This document shows, piece by piece, positions 1 through 10,933 of a stretch of 64,000 nt of DNA. Within the stretch, counting starts at the first letter, position 1. Each line of letters begins with the position of its first letter. This DNA is from Phycisphaerae bacterium (GTDB taxonomy: Bacteria > Planctomycetota > Phycisphaerae > UBA1845): the NCBI GenBank assembly GCA_963666835.2, contig CAXXGO010000006.1, forward strand, positions 992,001 through 1,056,000, written 5' to 3'. The translations under genes and the position numbers were made by a program. Below the pieces are notes generated by a model. It was not told the origin of the DNA and searched no databases. It worked only from the letters and a program-made list of their open reading frames with translations.

Positions 1-266
1 CGGGCCAGCGTGTGGCCACTGGCCTGAGGGAAGACCAAAGACGCCCGCCCGCAAACGTCCCCGGTAAAGTCCTGTCGTACGGTGACGAGAGTCTCCTGCG
101 GTACGCTGACCACTTCGGTCAGCTTCGCCGCCACACAGATCTTCACGTTCGGGATGCTCAGGTCGACGCGTTCGCCGACCAGCTCACTCAGGGAGCATGC
201 CGCCCGGCCCACGCCGATGTTGATCGCCTCAGTGAGCATATCCTGTTGATCAAGCGTCAAGTTCAC
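1..266 (-). CDS. CheC-like chemotaxis phosphatase family protein (partial, runs off the window start)
   Basis: Hand translation from GTG 266 gives MNLTLDQQDMLTEAINIGVGRAACSLSELVGERVDL..., with the CheC-type E-x-x-N-I-G motif. It is a paralog of 1047..1661 and its start overlaps the upstream stop (GTGA). Confidence 0.8.
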   Translation of the reverse strand, partial: MNLTLDQQDMLTEAINIGVGRAACSLSELVGERVDLSIPNVKICVAAKLTEVVSVPQETLVTVRQDFTGDVCGRASLVFPQASGHTLA

Positions 267-634
267 GTCACGCCCTCCGATTCGACGCGGATTCGGGCGA
301 GGCATGCTTCAACTTCCGTACTTCTGGGCGGCTTACAGAGATAGGCTGAGACTCCCAACGATTGGCACTCTTCGCGCGCGCTCTCTTGGATGTCGGCAGA
401 GACGACAACTACCCGTAGTGCCGAATCCCGACTTCGCAGGATTCGCAGGAACTCGAAACCGTTCATTACCGGCATCAGAAGATCCATGAGAACGCAGTCC
501 GGTCGGTGTTCCTCGATAGCGGCGAATGCCGCTTGGCCGTTGTCGGCCTCGACAACTTCGTGCCCACCTGACTCTACCATGCGGGCGATCATGTGCCGGG
601 CGAAAGACGAATCGTCGACAACCAGGACTTTCAT
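263..634 (-). CDS. Single-domain response regulator (CheY-like receiver)
   Basis: MKVLVVDDS...DCVLMDLLMPVMNG...VVSAD...LCKP receiver motifs; ATG at 634. Confidence 0.92.
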   Translation of the reverse strand: MKVLVVDDSSFARHMIARMVESGGHEVVEADNGQAAFAAIEEHRPDCVLMDLLMPVMNGFEFLRILRSRDSALRVVVVSADIQESAREECQSLGVSAYLCKPPRSTEVEACLARIRVESEGVT

Positions 635-1046
635 ACGCGGACCCTTCGAGCAAACACGGTGGCCTTCCCCGACTCGGTCGCGTCCTGCACAGCCCCCGGC
701 CGACAACTCTGCGCGGAAAGCCAAGCGGACCCTTGAGCCCGGCGTCACCGGCGCTCCGAAAGTGCCGGAGTGACCGAGACTCTGTGCGCCTGCGGTTCAA
801 GAAGACCTGAGCATCCGCTTGATCCGCATGCGCCGGTGCCCGGCGAACCGAGCCGTGGATCGAGTCTTTTTGGCGACTTGACGCACCACTGTCCTGTAGG
901 GATTAATCGGCTGCCCCTGGTAGCCAGTTGCAGAAACGTCGTTCGGAGAAAGCGCCGTCCGTCACCAAGTTGATCTTGCGGACGACGGATGCGATTATCG
1001 GCCTTATCAACTCGCGGCGGATATCGTCGAGCATTCGCCGGTCTCC

Positions 1047-1661
1047 TTACGCGCCCATGTTGATCGCCGAGAGCGCTTCCAACAGCGCGTCGATCCCACC
1101 TAGTTCAAACACAAGAACCACGGTTCCCTTTATGCCGCGCCCGATTACGTCGAAGTGGGCGATGGCTACGACGGCAACGTCCGGTTCTCGGTCCGGCGAC
1201 TGCAACGCCGATGTTACGGTTTCCGCCAGGCGATCATGCGGTGAGAACACCGGCACATCGAATACGAACCGCGTTCCGGTCAGGTTGGCAACCGAACCCA
1301 TCACCGAGTTCAACACGATGTTCCCGACCTCCGTCAGAATCCCGGAGATCTCGAAGTCCGCCGGCGCGCCGTCGTCGTCCGCCGCTCCGAGCAGGCCGGC
1401 CAACATCTGACCACTGGCCGGAGGTACGAGCAACAACGCGCAACCGCGGACCTTGCCGCTGAAGTTCTGCCGTACGGCGATGTAAGCTCCCTCTCGCAGG
1501 TTGATTACATTTTTCATCTCGGCCAACCCGCAGATTCGCAGGCTTAATACGTTCAGCTTGACGCGCCCCCCGACCACCTCGCTCAACGAGGATGCCGCTC
1601 GGCCGACACCGATGTTAATTGCTTCCGAGAGCATGTCCTGCTGGTCGGCCGACAGGTTCAC
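1047..1661 (-). CDS. CheC-like chemotaxis phosphatase family protein
   Basis: Two ExxN motifs (EAINIGVGRAA, EVGNIVLNSVMG). The GTG start at 1661 overlaps the receiver gene stop. Confidence 0.85.
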   Translation of the reverse strand: MNLSADQQDMLSEAINIGVGRAASSLSEVVGGRVKLNVLSLRICGLAEMKNVINLREGAYIAVRQNFSGKVRGCALLLVPPASGQMLAGLLGAADDDGAPADFEISGILTEVGNIVLNSVMGSVANLTGTRFVFDVPVFSPHDRLAETVTSALQSPDREPDVAVVAIAHFDVIGRGIKGTVVLVFELGGIDALLEALSAINMGA

Positions 1662-2029
1662 GTCACACCCTCCGCCTCGGCACGTATCTTCTCGACACAC
1701 GCCGTAATCTCTTTGATTCTAGGTGGTTTTCCCAGAAAGGCGGAGACGCCCAAAGCCTGACACTCCGCGCGGACGTCCGCCTGGATGTCAACAGATACGA
1801 CGATCACCGGTAGGGTGGAACCTCGACTCCTTATAGCCCGCAGAACATCGATACCGTCCATCACCGGCATCAGAAGATCGAGTGACACGCAGTCCGGCCG
1901 GTGGTCTTCGATGGCCGTCAGTGCCGCCTTCCCGTTTTCGGCCTGGAGCACCTCGTGCCCTCCGAGTTCCAACATGCGGATGATCATCCGCCGGGTAAAC
2001 GCTGAGTCGTCGACCACCAAGATCCTCAT
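1658..2029 (-). CDS. Single-domain response regulator (CheY-like receiver)
   Basis: MRILVVDDS...DCVSLDLLMPVMDG...LGKP; close paralog of 263..634. Confidence 0.92.
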   Translation of the reverse strand: MRILVVDDSAFTRRMIIRMLELGGHEVLQAENGKAALTAIEDHRPDCVSLDLLMPVMDGIDVLRAIRSRGSTLPVIVVSVDIQADVRAECQALGVSAFLGKPPRIKEITACVEKIRAEAEGVT

Positions 2030-2753
2030 TGACCGTCCTCCCGGAAACCGCTTCGACTTAACCCGGCGTGCGCATGGAAAGAAGGGGCTTACACCGGTAT
2101 CTGGCATACTCCACTGCTGGAATCTCCGAACACGCTACCGTCTCGTAGACCCGTAAACGCGATAGCAACCGTAACGCCGGCCTATTCCGCTCGAAAAGAG
2201 CCCCGCGTTTTCCCAGCTTCAACCTCTTGCCGACGATGGCTCCATTCCGGTATCGAGAGTGCCTGACGACCTGACCCGCAGGTGCATTACAGGCGCTCAT
2301 CGGCTCGCGGTGGCGAGCTATTCCAGAGGTGTTTTCCCGGTAATCAACACCTCTTCTAAGGCGAGCTCCTCCGGACGACGCGCCGGTTGCAAGCCGATGC
2401 CGCCGTCGCGAGGTTAACGTTGGTGACGTCCGCTCCGGAAGAACCACGATTGGCTTGGTTGTGTTGTGCAGTGTCACCCTATAGACGCTTCCACGCCAAC
2501 GAAGCCAAGAAGCACAACATCACCGCCGACGGCGACCGGTATTATCAGGCTCCCGGCCGGGTCTTGGGTGGGCTCGCGCCGATCGTGGTATTATCGCTTT
2601 CTTGACGCGGCCGGTACCTTGCCTCCCAATGTCGTCCGGGGCGTTGTTTTCAGAAAGAGCCCGCAACGTCCGATATCATCGGTGGCCCGAATCGGGTGCC
2701 GTTGGTTGTGCAGCCGGTTGCGGGGTTTTCCAGGAAACCGAGGAAGAACGCTA

Positions 2754-5700
2754 ATGAGTATGCAGTCGTTTTCAGCCGTTTTTGCCGCTACGGCGATGCT
2801 CGGGGCAACGTTGCCTGGTTACGTAGACTCCCGAGGCTCTAATGACCCTACCGCGACACCAGTAACGCCGACGTCGGCGGAGACCTTCGCCGGGTTGAAG
2901 TTCCGGGGGATCGGACCGGCGCTGATGTCCGGGCGGATCGGCGACCTTGCAGTCGACCCGGCGGACCGAAGCCACTACTACGCGGCGGTGTCGTCCGGGG
3001 GCGTGTGGAAGACCACCAACGCCGGCACCACTTGGACCCCGGTCTTCGATAAGGAAGGCTCGTACTCGATCGGGTGTCTGGCGATGGATCCGGGCAACCC
3101 TCACGTGGTTTGGGTGGGCACCGGCGAAAACAACAGTCAGCGTAGCGTGTCGTTCGGCGATGGGGTTTACCGGACCCGCGACGGCGGAGCCCACTGGGAG
3201 AACCTCGGCCTGCGCGACTCGGAGCACATTGGAAAGATCCTCATAGATCCGCGGGACTCCGACACGGTCTACGTAGCCGCTCAAGGACCGCTCTGGAGAG
3301 CCGGCGGTGACCGAGGTCTATACAAGACCATTGACGGTGGCCGAAGCTGGGAACGCATTCTCCACGTCAGCGACGACACCGGCATTAACGAGGTCCATCT
3401 TGATCCGCGCGACTCTGACGTGCTCTACGCCACGTCATATCAGCGGCGGCGGCACGTCTGGACGCTAATCGACGGCGGACCGGAGTCGGCAGTCTATAAG
3501 TCCATTGACGCCGGCGCGTCATGGCGCAAGGTCACCCACGGGTTGCCCGAGGTCGACCTGGGACGTATTGGCCTGGCCGTCTCCCCGGTCGACCCTGATA
3601 TAGTCTACGCGATCGTCGAGGCCGCGGAGGGCCAGGACGGCTTCTTCCGCTCGGACAATCGGGGCGAAACCTGGACCAGACAGAGCGACTACAAGACCAC
3701 CAGTGCGCAATATTACAACGAAATCGTCTGCGATCCGCAGCGCCCGGAGCGTGTCTATGTGTTGGACACTATCCTCCACGTGACCGAGGACGGCGGGCGG
3801 ACTTTTCAACGCGTTCCCCGCGACCATCGTCATGTGGACGATCACGCGTTGTGGATTGATCCGACCGACACGGACTACCTGCTAATCGGCTGCGACGGCG
3901 GGGTGTACGAGAGCTTTGACCGCGGGGTCAATTGGCGATACATGCCCAATCTGCCGGTGACCCAATTCTACCGCGTAAGTGTCGACAACTCGGAGCCGTT
4001 CTACTTCGTCTACGGCGGAACTCAGGACAACAACACTCTCGGCGGGCCTTCGCGTACGACCAGCCCGGCGGGAATCTGCAACGAAGACTGGTTCGTAACC
4101 GTTGGTGGAGACGGGTTCAAGACGCGCATTGATCCGCAGAACCCGAACATCGTCTACAGCCAATGGCAGCATGGCGGGCTCATTCGGTTCGATCGCCGTA
4201 GCGGTCAGCGCCTGGACATCAAACCACGCGAGAACCCCGGTGAAGATCCGCTTCGCTGGAACTGGGACTCGCCATTGATCATCAGTCCGCACAATCCTCA
4301 CCGCCTGTACTTCGGAGCCCAGAGACTCTTTCGCTCCGATGATCGCGGTGATAGCTGGACGGCCATCAGCGAAGACCTCACCCGCCGGATAGATCGCGAC
4401 CAGCTCGAGGTGATGGGGCGAATCCAACGAGCCGACGCGGTGGCCAAGAACAGCCACACATCGTTCTACGGCAATCTGGTAGCCTTGGATGAATCTCCGC
4501 TCGTGGAGGGATTGATCTATGCCGGCACCGATGACGGGCTAGTCCAGGTAACCGACGACGGCGGCGAAACCTGGCGCCGAATTGCGCTCTTCCCCGAAGT
4601 TCCGGACATGGCCTATGTCAGCTATCTGTCAGCATCCGGGCACGATGCCGACACCGTCTTTGCCGCCTTCGACAACCACAAAAACGCCGACTTCAAGCCG
4701 TATATTCTGGTCAGTACCGACCGCGGACGCAACTGGGAGTCAATCTCCGGTGATCTGCCCGAGCGCAACATCGTCTATGCTCTTGCCGAAGACCACGTCA
4801 ACCCCCATCTGCTCTTCGCCGGAACGGAGTTCGGCGCGTTCTTCAGCAGCGACCGGGGCAAACACTGGATCCACCTCACCGGAGAAATCCCGACAATCGC
4901 GGTTCGCGACCTTGAACTGCAGAGACGCGAGAACGACCTCGTCCTGGGCACCTTCGGCCGGGGAATATACATCCTCGACGACTATACCCCACTCCGAACA
5001 GTCGACGCTGAGCTGCTTGAGCAGGAATCGGTGCTCTTTCCGGTCAGAGACGCACTTCGCTATATCCCAACCAGCCGGCTCGGCGGCACAACCGGCATAG
5101 GCTCGCAAGGCGCGTCGTTCTTTGCCGCCCCCAACCCACCGTTCGGAGCCGTATTCACCTACTACCTCAAGAACAAGATCATGTCCCGCGCCGAACGGCG
5201 CCGGGCCAACGAGAAGGATCACGAGAAGGCCGGCACCACGGCGCCTTATCCAACGATGGACGAGCTGCACGCCGAGGACCTCGAAGAAGAACCAAAGGTC
5301 CTGTTGACCGTGCGTGATTCAGTCGGGAAGGTCGTACGCCGCGTCACCGGACCGCGCGATAAGGGTCTGCATCGGGTCGCCTGGGACCTGCGCCGTCCCT
5401 CCACGAACCCCACCGTGGTGAAGCCGCCAGCCGAGCAGTCCCCGTGGTGGCGTCCACCTACCGGACCGCTGGCTCCGGTGGGCAGCTACACCGTAACTCT
5501 TGCCCGGGAGACCGACGGGGTTGTTATCCCGCTGGCCGGACCAGTGCCGTTCAACGTCGTTCCACTACCATCTCCCGTTCCAGGCGAGGCCGACCCCTCC
5601 GGTTTTCACGCCAAGGTAGCGCGTTTGCATCGGGCAGTACAGGGGGCGATCAGGGCCGGGGGTGAGGCGGAGACCCGCCTGAACCACTTGCGGCAGGCGC

Positions 5701-6059
5701 TTATGGACACCCCCGCCGCGGACGAGGCGATGCTGGCCGACATTTGGGAGACTCAGCAGCGGCTCGACCGGCTGCTGGTCCGCCTGCGCGGCGACCCCTC
5801 CCGCCGAAAGAGAGAATCCCCGGATTCACTTTCCATCAGCGAACGCATTGCCAACGTAGTGTCAAACCAGTGGCAAATCACAACCGGGCCCACGCAAACC
5901 CAGCGCGACGCCTACGGAATCGCCGGTGCCGAATTCACCGAAGTGCTCGCCCAGTTGCGAACGTTGATTGAACGCGACATCGTGGGGCTGGAACGTAAGC
6001 TGGAAGACGCCGAGGCCCCGTGGACGCCCGGGCGAGTCCCCACGTGGGTGATGGAGTAG
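2754..6059 (+). CDS. Secreted VPS10/sortilin-like BNR (Asp-box) beta-propeller protein, 'glycosyl hydrolase'-like
   Basis: Signal-peptide-like N-terminus from ATG 2754; FRGIGPALMSGRI; many S/T-x-D-x-G-x-T/S-W Asp-boxes (KTTNAGTTW, RTRDGGAHW, KTIDGGRSW, RSDDRGDSW); helical C-terminus. Confidence 0.88.
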   Translation: MSMQSFSAVFAATAMLGATLPGYVDSRGSNDPTATPVTPTSAETFAGLKFRGIGPALMSGRIGDLAVDPADRSHYYAAVSSGGVWKTTNAGTTWTPVFDKEGSYSIGCLAMDPGNPHVVWVGTGENNSQRSVSFGDGVYRTRDGGAHWENLGLRDSEHIGKILIDPRDSDTVYVAAQGPLWRAGGDRGLYKTIDGGRSWERILHVSDDTGINEVHLDPRDSDVLYATSYQRRRHVWTLIDGGPESAVYKSIDAGASWRKVTHGLPEVDLGRIGLAVSPVDPDIVYAIVEAAEGQDGFFRSDNRGETWTRQSDYKTTSAQYYNEIVCDPQRPERVYVLDTILHVTEDGGRTFQRVPRDHRHVDDHALWIDPTDTDYLLIGCDGGVYESFDRGVNWRYMPNLPVTQFYRVSVDNSEPFYFVYGGTQDNNTLGGPSRTTSPAGICNEDWFVTVGGDGFKTRIDPQNPNIVYSQWQHGGLIRFDRRSGQRLDIKPRENPGEDPLRWNWDSPLIISPHNPHRLYFGAQRLFRSDDRGDSWTAISEDLTRRIDRDQLEVMGRIQRADAVAKNSHTSFYGNLVALDESPLVEGLIYAGTDDGLVQVTDDGGETWRRIALFPEVPDMAYVSYLSASGHDADTVFAAFDNHKNADFKPYILVSTDRGRNWESISGDLPERNIVYALAEDHVNPHLLFAGTEFGAFFSSDRGKHWIHLTGEIPTIAVRDLELQRRENDLVLGTFGRGIYILDDYTPLRTVDAELLEQESVLFPVRDALRYIPTSRLGGTTGIGSQGASFFAAPNPPFGAVFTYYLKNKIMSRAERRRANEKDHEKAGTTAPYPTMDELHAEDLEEEPKVLLTVRDSVGKVVRRVTGPRDKGLHRVAWDLRRPSTNPTVVKPPAEQSPWWRPPTGPLAPVGSYTVTLARETDGVVIPLAGPVPFNVVPLPSPVPGEADPSGFHAKVARLHRAVQGAIRAGGEAETRLNHLRQALMDTPAADEAMLADIWETQQRLDRLLVRLRGDPSRRKRESPDSLSISERIANVVSNQWQITTGPTQTQRDAYGIAGAEFTEVLAQLRTLIERDIVGLERKLEDAEAPWTPGRVPTWVME

Positions 6060-6071
6060 CCTCGCCGTCCG

Positions 6072-7511
6072 TTACAGATGCGGCGAAGCTATTTTCGCTA
6101 TGCCGTCGCGCAAGCGGCGCCAGGCAGGCCGAGAATCAACCTGCTTAAGCGTGACCCGCTCGGAACCGGCGAGGATCTCATCCAGCCAAGCTCCCAGCCG
6201 CCCGGCCAGCTCCCGGTCGTAAGCTTCGATATTGAATTCGAAATGCAGCCGGAAGCTCCGCTGGTCTACGTTGGCCGAGCCGAGCAGCACCCACTCATCA
6301 TCAACGAGCAGCAGCTTGGTGTGTGCGAAAGGCGGCGGGCGGCGGTACACCGCAATATCGTGTTCAAGCAACTGCCACAGGTAGGCATCCGCCGCCCACC
6401 GCATGTACGGAAGATCGACCTTCGAAGGCAACAACAACGCCACGTCGACCCCGCGCAGCGCCGCCATGGCCATCGACGAAATCAGAGGCCAAGTCGGCAC
6501 GAAATAAGGCGTGACGATCCGAACGCGGTGTCGGGCCGAGGAGAACGCCGCTTGCATAATCCAGTGGATAATCTCCAGGTCCTCGTCCGGACCACTGGAG
6601 ATTCCCCGGCATACTGCCGGCCCCACCGGCGCCAACGGAGGAAAGAAGTCCTCACCGGTCAACAACTCACTCGTGGCCGTAGCCCAGTCTTCGACGAAGG
6701 TGTGTTGCATCTCTGACACTACCGGTCCGCCGATCTCGAAGTGCAGATCCTCTACCCGGGTGGGGCGCGTGTTGGCCGTCAGATACCGTTCGGAGATGTT
6801 CATCCCGCCGGTAAACCCCCGCCGCCCGTCTACCACCATGATCTTACGGTGATTCCGCAGGTTTAGCCGGAGCCGCCCGAAGGGGAACCGGAGTGGAAAG
6901 AACACGGCCACCTCCGCCCCTGATTTCAACAGGCGTCGCCCCATGCGAGAGAATGACTGCAAAGCCCCGATTCCATCAACCAGCACGTATACGCGCACTC
7001 CGCGCCCGGCCGCATCCTCCAACGCGGCGGCGAAGTCGTGCCCTACCTTATCCCAATCAAAGATGTAGCTGGCCAACGTGACCGATTGTTCTGCTTGGTG
7101 TATAGCTTCCAGCATCTGCGGATACGCTGCTTCCCCGCAATGCAAAGGCGTGATCAGATTGCCCGGCAGCAACGGCAGCCGGGTAACCCGGTCGGCTACC
7201 GTACGCAAGCTCAGCAGATGTTCACCGGGGGCGCCGGGTGGGCCTTGGCTTTGCGGCTCGCTCACCGGCCGCGCATCGAACGGTCGATCCCGCCGGCCCA
7301 GATGACGCAACGCCCGCCGCTCTATCCGGTTGATTCCCAGTGCCCAATACAGCCACGGACCGATGATCGGCAGGGCCAAGCTGATGAACGCCCAAATGAC
7401 CGCGCTGCGGGAATCGCGCTTGTACATCACCGCCTGCGCCGCGGCCATCCCACCGGGAACCAACCACGCCGCCAGCAGCACACCGATTAACCAGCCAGAG
7501 GACGCTAACAT
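6072..7511 (-). CDS. cls: Cardiolipin synthase (phospholipase D family)
   Basis: Two HKD motifs (NHRKIMVVDG, HTKLLLVDD), two N-terminal TM helices, TPYFVP and SGPD motifs. Confidence 0.92.
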   Translation of the reverse strand: MLASSGWLIGVLLAAWLVPGGMAAAQAVMYKRDSRSAVIWAFISLALPIIGPWLYWALGINRIERRALRHLGRRDRPFDARPVSEPQSQGPPGAPGEHLLSLRTVADRVTRLPLLPGNLITPLHCGEAAYPQMLEAIHQAEQSVTLASYIFDWDKVGHDFAAALEDAAGRGVRVYVLVDGIGALQSFSRMGRRLLKSGAEVAVFFPLRFPFGRLRLNLRNHRKIMVVDGRRGFTGGMNISERYLTANTRPTRVEDLHFEIGGPVVSEMQHTFVEDWATATSELLTGEDFFPPLAPVGPAVCRGISSGPDEDLEIIHWIMQAAFSSARHRVRIVTPYFVPTWPLISSMAMAALRGVDVALLLPSKVDLPYMRWAADAYLWQLLEHDIAVYRRPPPFAHTKLLLVDDEWVLLGSANVDQRSFRLHFEFNIEAYDRELAGRLGAWLDEILAGSERVTLKQVDSRPAWRRLRDGIAKIASPHL

Positions 7512-7561
7512 GTGGCGGGAGTGTACCCGAACCCCTTGAATGGATCGAACCCTGCCGGTCG

Positions 7562-7945
7562 CTACTCGCCGAACTGGACCGGCGTAACTCCAAGATCAAT
7601 GATGCTGCACGCCAGAATGGGATCGAGCCCCAGCTCTCGCGCCCGCTGGACGAATTCGTCGCTTTCCGCTCCGGGGTTGACGAAGAACTCCGTCGGCGCA
7701 AGCGCCGCGATGCCGGGCAGAATCTCAATCCCCCGGGCCGGAGGAAGGTAGAGCGTCACCCGGTCGATCTTCACGGGAATGTCCTCCACCGCAGTGTACA
7801 CGGTCAGACCCTCGATCCGGCCGCCCTTCGGGTTGACTGCGTACACGTCCCAACCCTGCTTCTGGTAGGCTCGCACGGCCTTGTTGCTGTACTTCTTGCG
7901 ATTGCCTGACGCTCCGACGACTGCTACCGTTTTCTTCGCCATCAT
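7562..7945 (-). CDS. CoA-binding protein (YccU-like)
   Basis: KTVAVVGASGNRKKYS...YAVNP...NPGAES; GGAGG RBS before ATG 7945. Confidence 0.9.
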   Translation of the reverse strand: MMAKKTVAVVGASGNRKKYSNKAVRAYQKQGWDVYAVNPKGGRIEGLTVYTAVEDIPVKIDRVTLYLPPARGIEILPGIAALAPTEFFVNPGAESDEFVQRARELGLDPILACSIIDLGVTPVQFGE

Positions 7946-8179
7946 CCAGCCACCTCCAAAACGAGAAGGCCACAATGTTATCCGCAAAGGCCCGCAATGT
8001 GAAGGCGTGGTCGGCACGCGGTTTGAGTGCACAAGAGGAGCGTGCCCCACGGCATTAGCCGCAGGGGATGTGGGGATCGCTCGGCTTCGACCGTGGGGGA
8101 TGTCAGTTCTTTGTCAGTTACCGTCCGCCATTACCATGAAAGGTGGACGGGCCGGTTGCCAAGGAAACGCAAACGCGGG

Positions 8180-10933
8180 TTACGGCGTAGGCGTGAGCAA
8201 GAATGCGCGGTATTCCCCGTTGATTCTCCCGTAACCGGCGATTTGGCCGAGGCTGTTGATCCCGAACGCAACGGTAAGATGCTCCCAGCCGTGGCCGGAT
8301 ATCAGCAGGTCGTTTAAGTCGTGAAGCTGACCGCCGGCGTAGATGAAAGCGTGAGACAACGTCCCGTCGGTTGTACTGGCGTAGCCTACGATCCGCCCGG
8401 AGTCGCTCATGTCCCAGGCGTAAGTCTTGGGGAATCCGGCGAGAGCTCCGAGATCCGTAACCGTCTCACATGCGTAAAGGAACGATCGGTACTCTCCCGT
8501 TCCCCAGGAGAAGCCCGTAACCATTCCGTCGCTGTTTATGGCGACCGGCCGGCTACCGCTGAGGAGCGGCGATCCCAGATCGATAAACGTCCCGGCGTCA
8601 TCCAGGAACACCTGCTGATCGTAGCCGACAGCCAGATACGTACCCACGACCAAGCCGTCGTCGTTGATGTCGAAGGCTCCGCTTTGGAAGTACTCGGTCG
8701 TGTCAAGGTCACTCATGGTGCCGCTGCGGTAGAGAAACGCATGCGTTGCGGAGCCGGTATGGGCCTGCCCGACGACTTCTCCGTCTTCGTTGACGCCGTA
8801 GGCGGCGGAGGTGTCTCCTCCGAGCGTACCCAGATCACTCATGCCGTCGGTTGAGTTCCAGATGAACGCGCGCAGGTTGCCCTGCGCGTCATGCGATTGC
8901 CCGACGACCTCGCCGGCCTCGTTGATGTCTCGAGCGTAAGACTCGTTCCCGCCGAGCGTCCCCAGATCTGACATCACTCCGTCACTGAATAGGAACGCGT
9001 GCTTCAGCCAGTCATCAGTGTAGTAATATCCAACCACCTGACCGGCGTCGTTAAGCGATGAGGGGTAGCTGGCGTTGTTGCTCAGCGAGCCGAGATTAAC
9101 GATCTCGTATTGAAGATCGTCATGAGTGTTGATCGTGATGGTCACGTCATCCGTAACAACGATGGGGGGCACGGACCAGTCGCTAACCGTGAGCGTGTAC
9201 GTCGTCGTCTCCGCAGGTACGACCGTGGGGTTCTGCTCCATCGAGCCTTCCCATCCGGGAGCCGACCAGGAATACGTGTAAGGTTCCGTACCTCCGCTGG
9301 CGAAGCCCTGCAACGTCACGCATCCGACTTCGTCCAGGGTGACGTCCTCGCCGGCATCGGCCAGGGCGACTTCGCAACCGTTGGCGTCCACGGCCGTGTC
9401 GGTCGGTGTCTGGGGGCACAGGTCGTTGCAGTTGTTGACCCCGTCATCGTCTTCATCTAACTGGCTGCAACTGCATCCGTTGGCGTCAACCGCTTCGCCC
9501 GCGGGCGTGCTAAGGCAAGCATCCGAATCATCTAGCACGCCGTCATTGTCGCTGTCGAGTTCGTCCAACGGGCACCCGTTATCGCCCACGCTTTCGGAGA
9601 GGCTCGTCTCAGGACACTCGTCATCACAGTCATTGACCCCGTCGGCGTCACCGTCACGCTGCGAGCAGGAGCAACCCGATTCATCCGGCGTTTCTCCGCT
9701 CGGCGTGTCGGGACAATCATCGTCACCGTTAATGACGCCGTCGCCGTCCTCGTCAAGCTGGACGGCTTCACAACCGCTCTCGTCTACGGTGGCTCCACTG
9801 GTCGAGTTCGGGCACTCATCGTCGCAATCGCACACTCCGTCAGCGTCGGTGTCTCTCTGAGAACAGGAGCAGCCGTCGGAATCGGCCGTTTCCGACGAGG
9901 GGGTGTCCGCGCAAAGATCGTCAGCGTCGGGTACATCGTCTTCATCTGCGTCTTCGAGACACTGCGCGGCGGTCGAGACCACCGCCAGAGTTTGCTCTTC
10001 GCCGGTCGCGTCGCGCCAGGTGATGATAACGGTATCCGCGTCGCCAATGCGGTCCGTGTAGAAATACGTGTCACCCGGAGTTCCGCGGAGGAGACCCGTC
10101 TGAGGACCCTGGTAAAGCTCCCAGGTGTAATCGACGTCGAAGTCATTGGGGTTTCTAACCCGCCAGCGAAGCTGTGTTTCAGGGTCGTCAGAGCACACCG
10201 AGGTCAGTTTGAGATCCTCGATTAGGTCCCGGCAGGGGCCGAGGTAATCGCCGTGTGCCAGATGTGCCGCCTGGGCGGATGCTCCAACGTTTATGGTGTG
10301 GCGGTTGTCCGGGTTGCCCGCGGGGATGTGGCAGAGCTCGACTTTCTCTTCGCTGGCCCTGAGACTTCCAAACTCCAACGACAGCCTTCTGAATGACAGC
10401 TCCCCGTCAAAATCTGCCAGGGTCTGGGCACAGATCCCGAAGGAGCCCGTCCGGATGATCTCCCGGGCCTCGGTAGAGAGTGTTACCGATTCGTTGGTCA
10501 GCGTAATCTGCTCGTTGACCACCGTGATTCCGAACGGACCGATACGAACACCCGATTCGCATGCATTCGATCCGTGCGAGGCTATTCGGAATGTGACGGC
10601 GGCGTGTCGTTCATAGTTTGCACCGGCCGGTGATATGTCGTCGTCACTTTCATCGACGGTTACCGTAACATCGGTGTCTTCCACCATCATGACGGCTTCG
10701 TCCGGAGCACTCTCCAGCAGAGTCTGGGGGATGGTCACTTCAGTAGACGCCGCCCCTACGGTGCCCTGCTGGATCGTAAGAGCTTCGGTGTCGCCGAACG
10801 TCTCCAGAGGAATGCCCAGGTAATCGCTCGCGTTTCGACCGCTCCAATTTAGCGGGTCAAAGTCCCCGCAACCGGGGATTCCGGGCAGCATGGCCGCAAA
10901 CGCCGTGAGTATGATCAGGTTGAAGATGCGCAT
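8180..10933 (-). CDS. Secreted/lipoprotein with TSP3-like Asp/Cys repeats and C-terminal HAF extracellular repeats
   Basis: Signal peptide ending ...IPGC; DxDxDGVxDxxDxCP repeats; HAF repeats (HAFLFSDGVMSDLGTLGGNESYARDINEAGEVVG). Confidence 0.85.
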   Translation of the reverse strand: MRIFNLIILTAFAAMLPGIPGCGDFDPLNWSGRNASDYLGIPLETFGDTEALTIQQGTVGAASTEVTIPQTLLESAPDEAVMMVEDTDVTVTVDESDDDISPAGANYERHAAVTFRIASHGSNACESGVRIGPFGITVVNEQITLTNESVTLSTEAREIIRTGSFGICAQTLADFDGELSFRRLSLEFGSLRASEEKVELCHIPAGNPDNRHTINVGASAQAAHLAHGDYLGPCRDLIEDLKLTSVCSDDPETQLRWRVRNPNDFDVDYTWELYQGPQTGLLRGTPGDTYFYTDRIGDADTVIITWRDATGEEQTLAVVSTAAQCLEDADEDDVPDADDLCADTPSSETADSDGCSCSQRDTDADGVCDCDDECPNSTSGATVDESGCEAVQLDEDGDGVINGDDDCPDTPSGETPDESGCSCSQRDGDADGVNDCDDECPETSLSESVGDNGCPLDELDSDNDGVLDDSDACLSTPAGEAVDANGCSCSQLDEDDDGVNNCNDLCPQTPTDTAVDANGCEVALADAGEDVTLDEVGCVTLQGFASGGTEPYTYSWSAPGWEGSMEQNPTVVPAETTTYTLTVSDWSVPPIVVTDDVTITINTHDDLQYEIVNLGSLSNNASYPSSLNDAGQVVGYYYTDDWLKHAFLFSDGVMSDLGTLGGNESYARDINEAGEVVGQSHDAQGNLRAFIWNSTDGMSDLGTLGGDTSAAYGVNEDGEVVGQAHTGSATHAFLYRSGTMSDLDTTEYFQSGAFDINDDGLVVGTYLAVGYDQQVFLDDAGTFIDLGSPLLSGSRPVAINSDGMVTGFSWGTGEYRSFLYACETVTDLGALAGFPKTYAWDMSDSGRIVGYASTTDGTLSHAFIYAGGQLHDLNDLLISGHGWEHLTVAFGINSLGQIAGYGRINGEYRAFLLTPTP

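Noticed and set aside
2100..2230. c-di-GMP-I riboswitch-like fragment upstream of the receiver gene (similar hint near 11070-11125)
   Set aside because: Only a partial resemblance; the GGCAAAC...GAAA...GACGCAAAG core is not intact. An Rfam scan would be needed.
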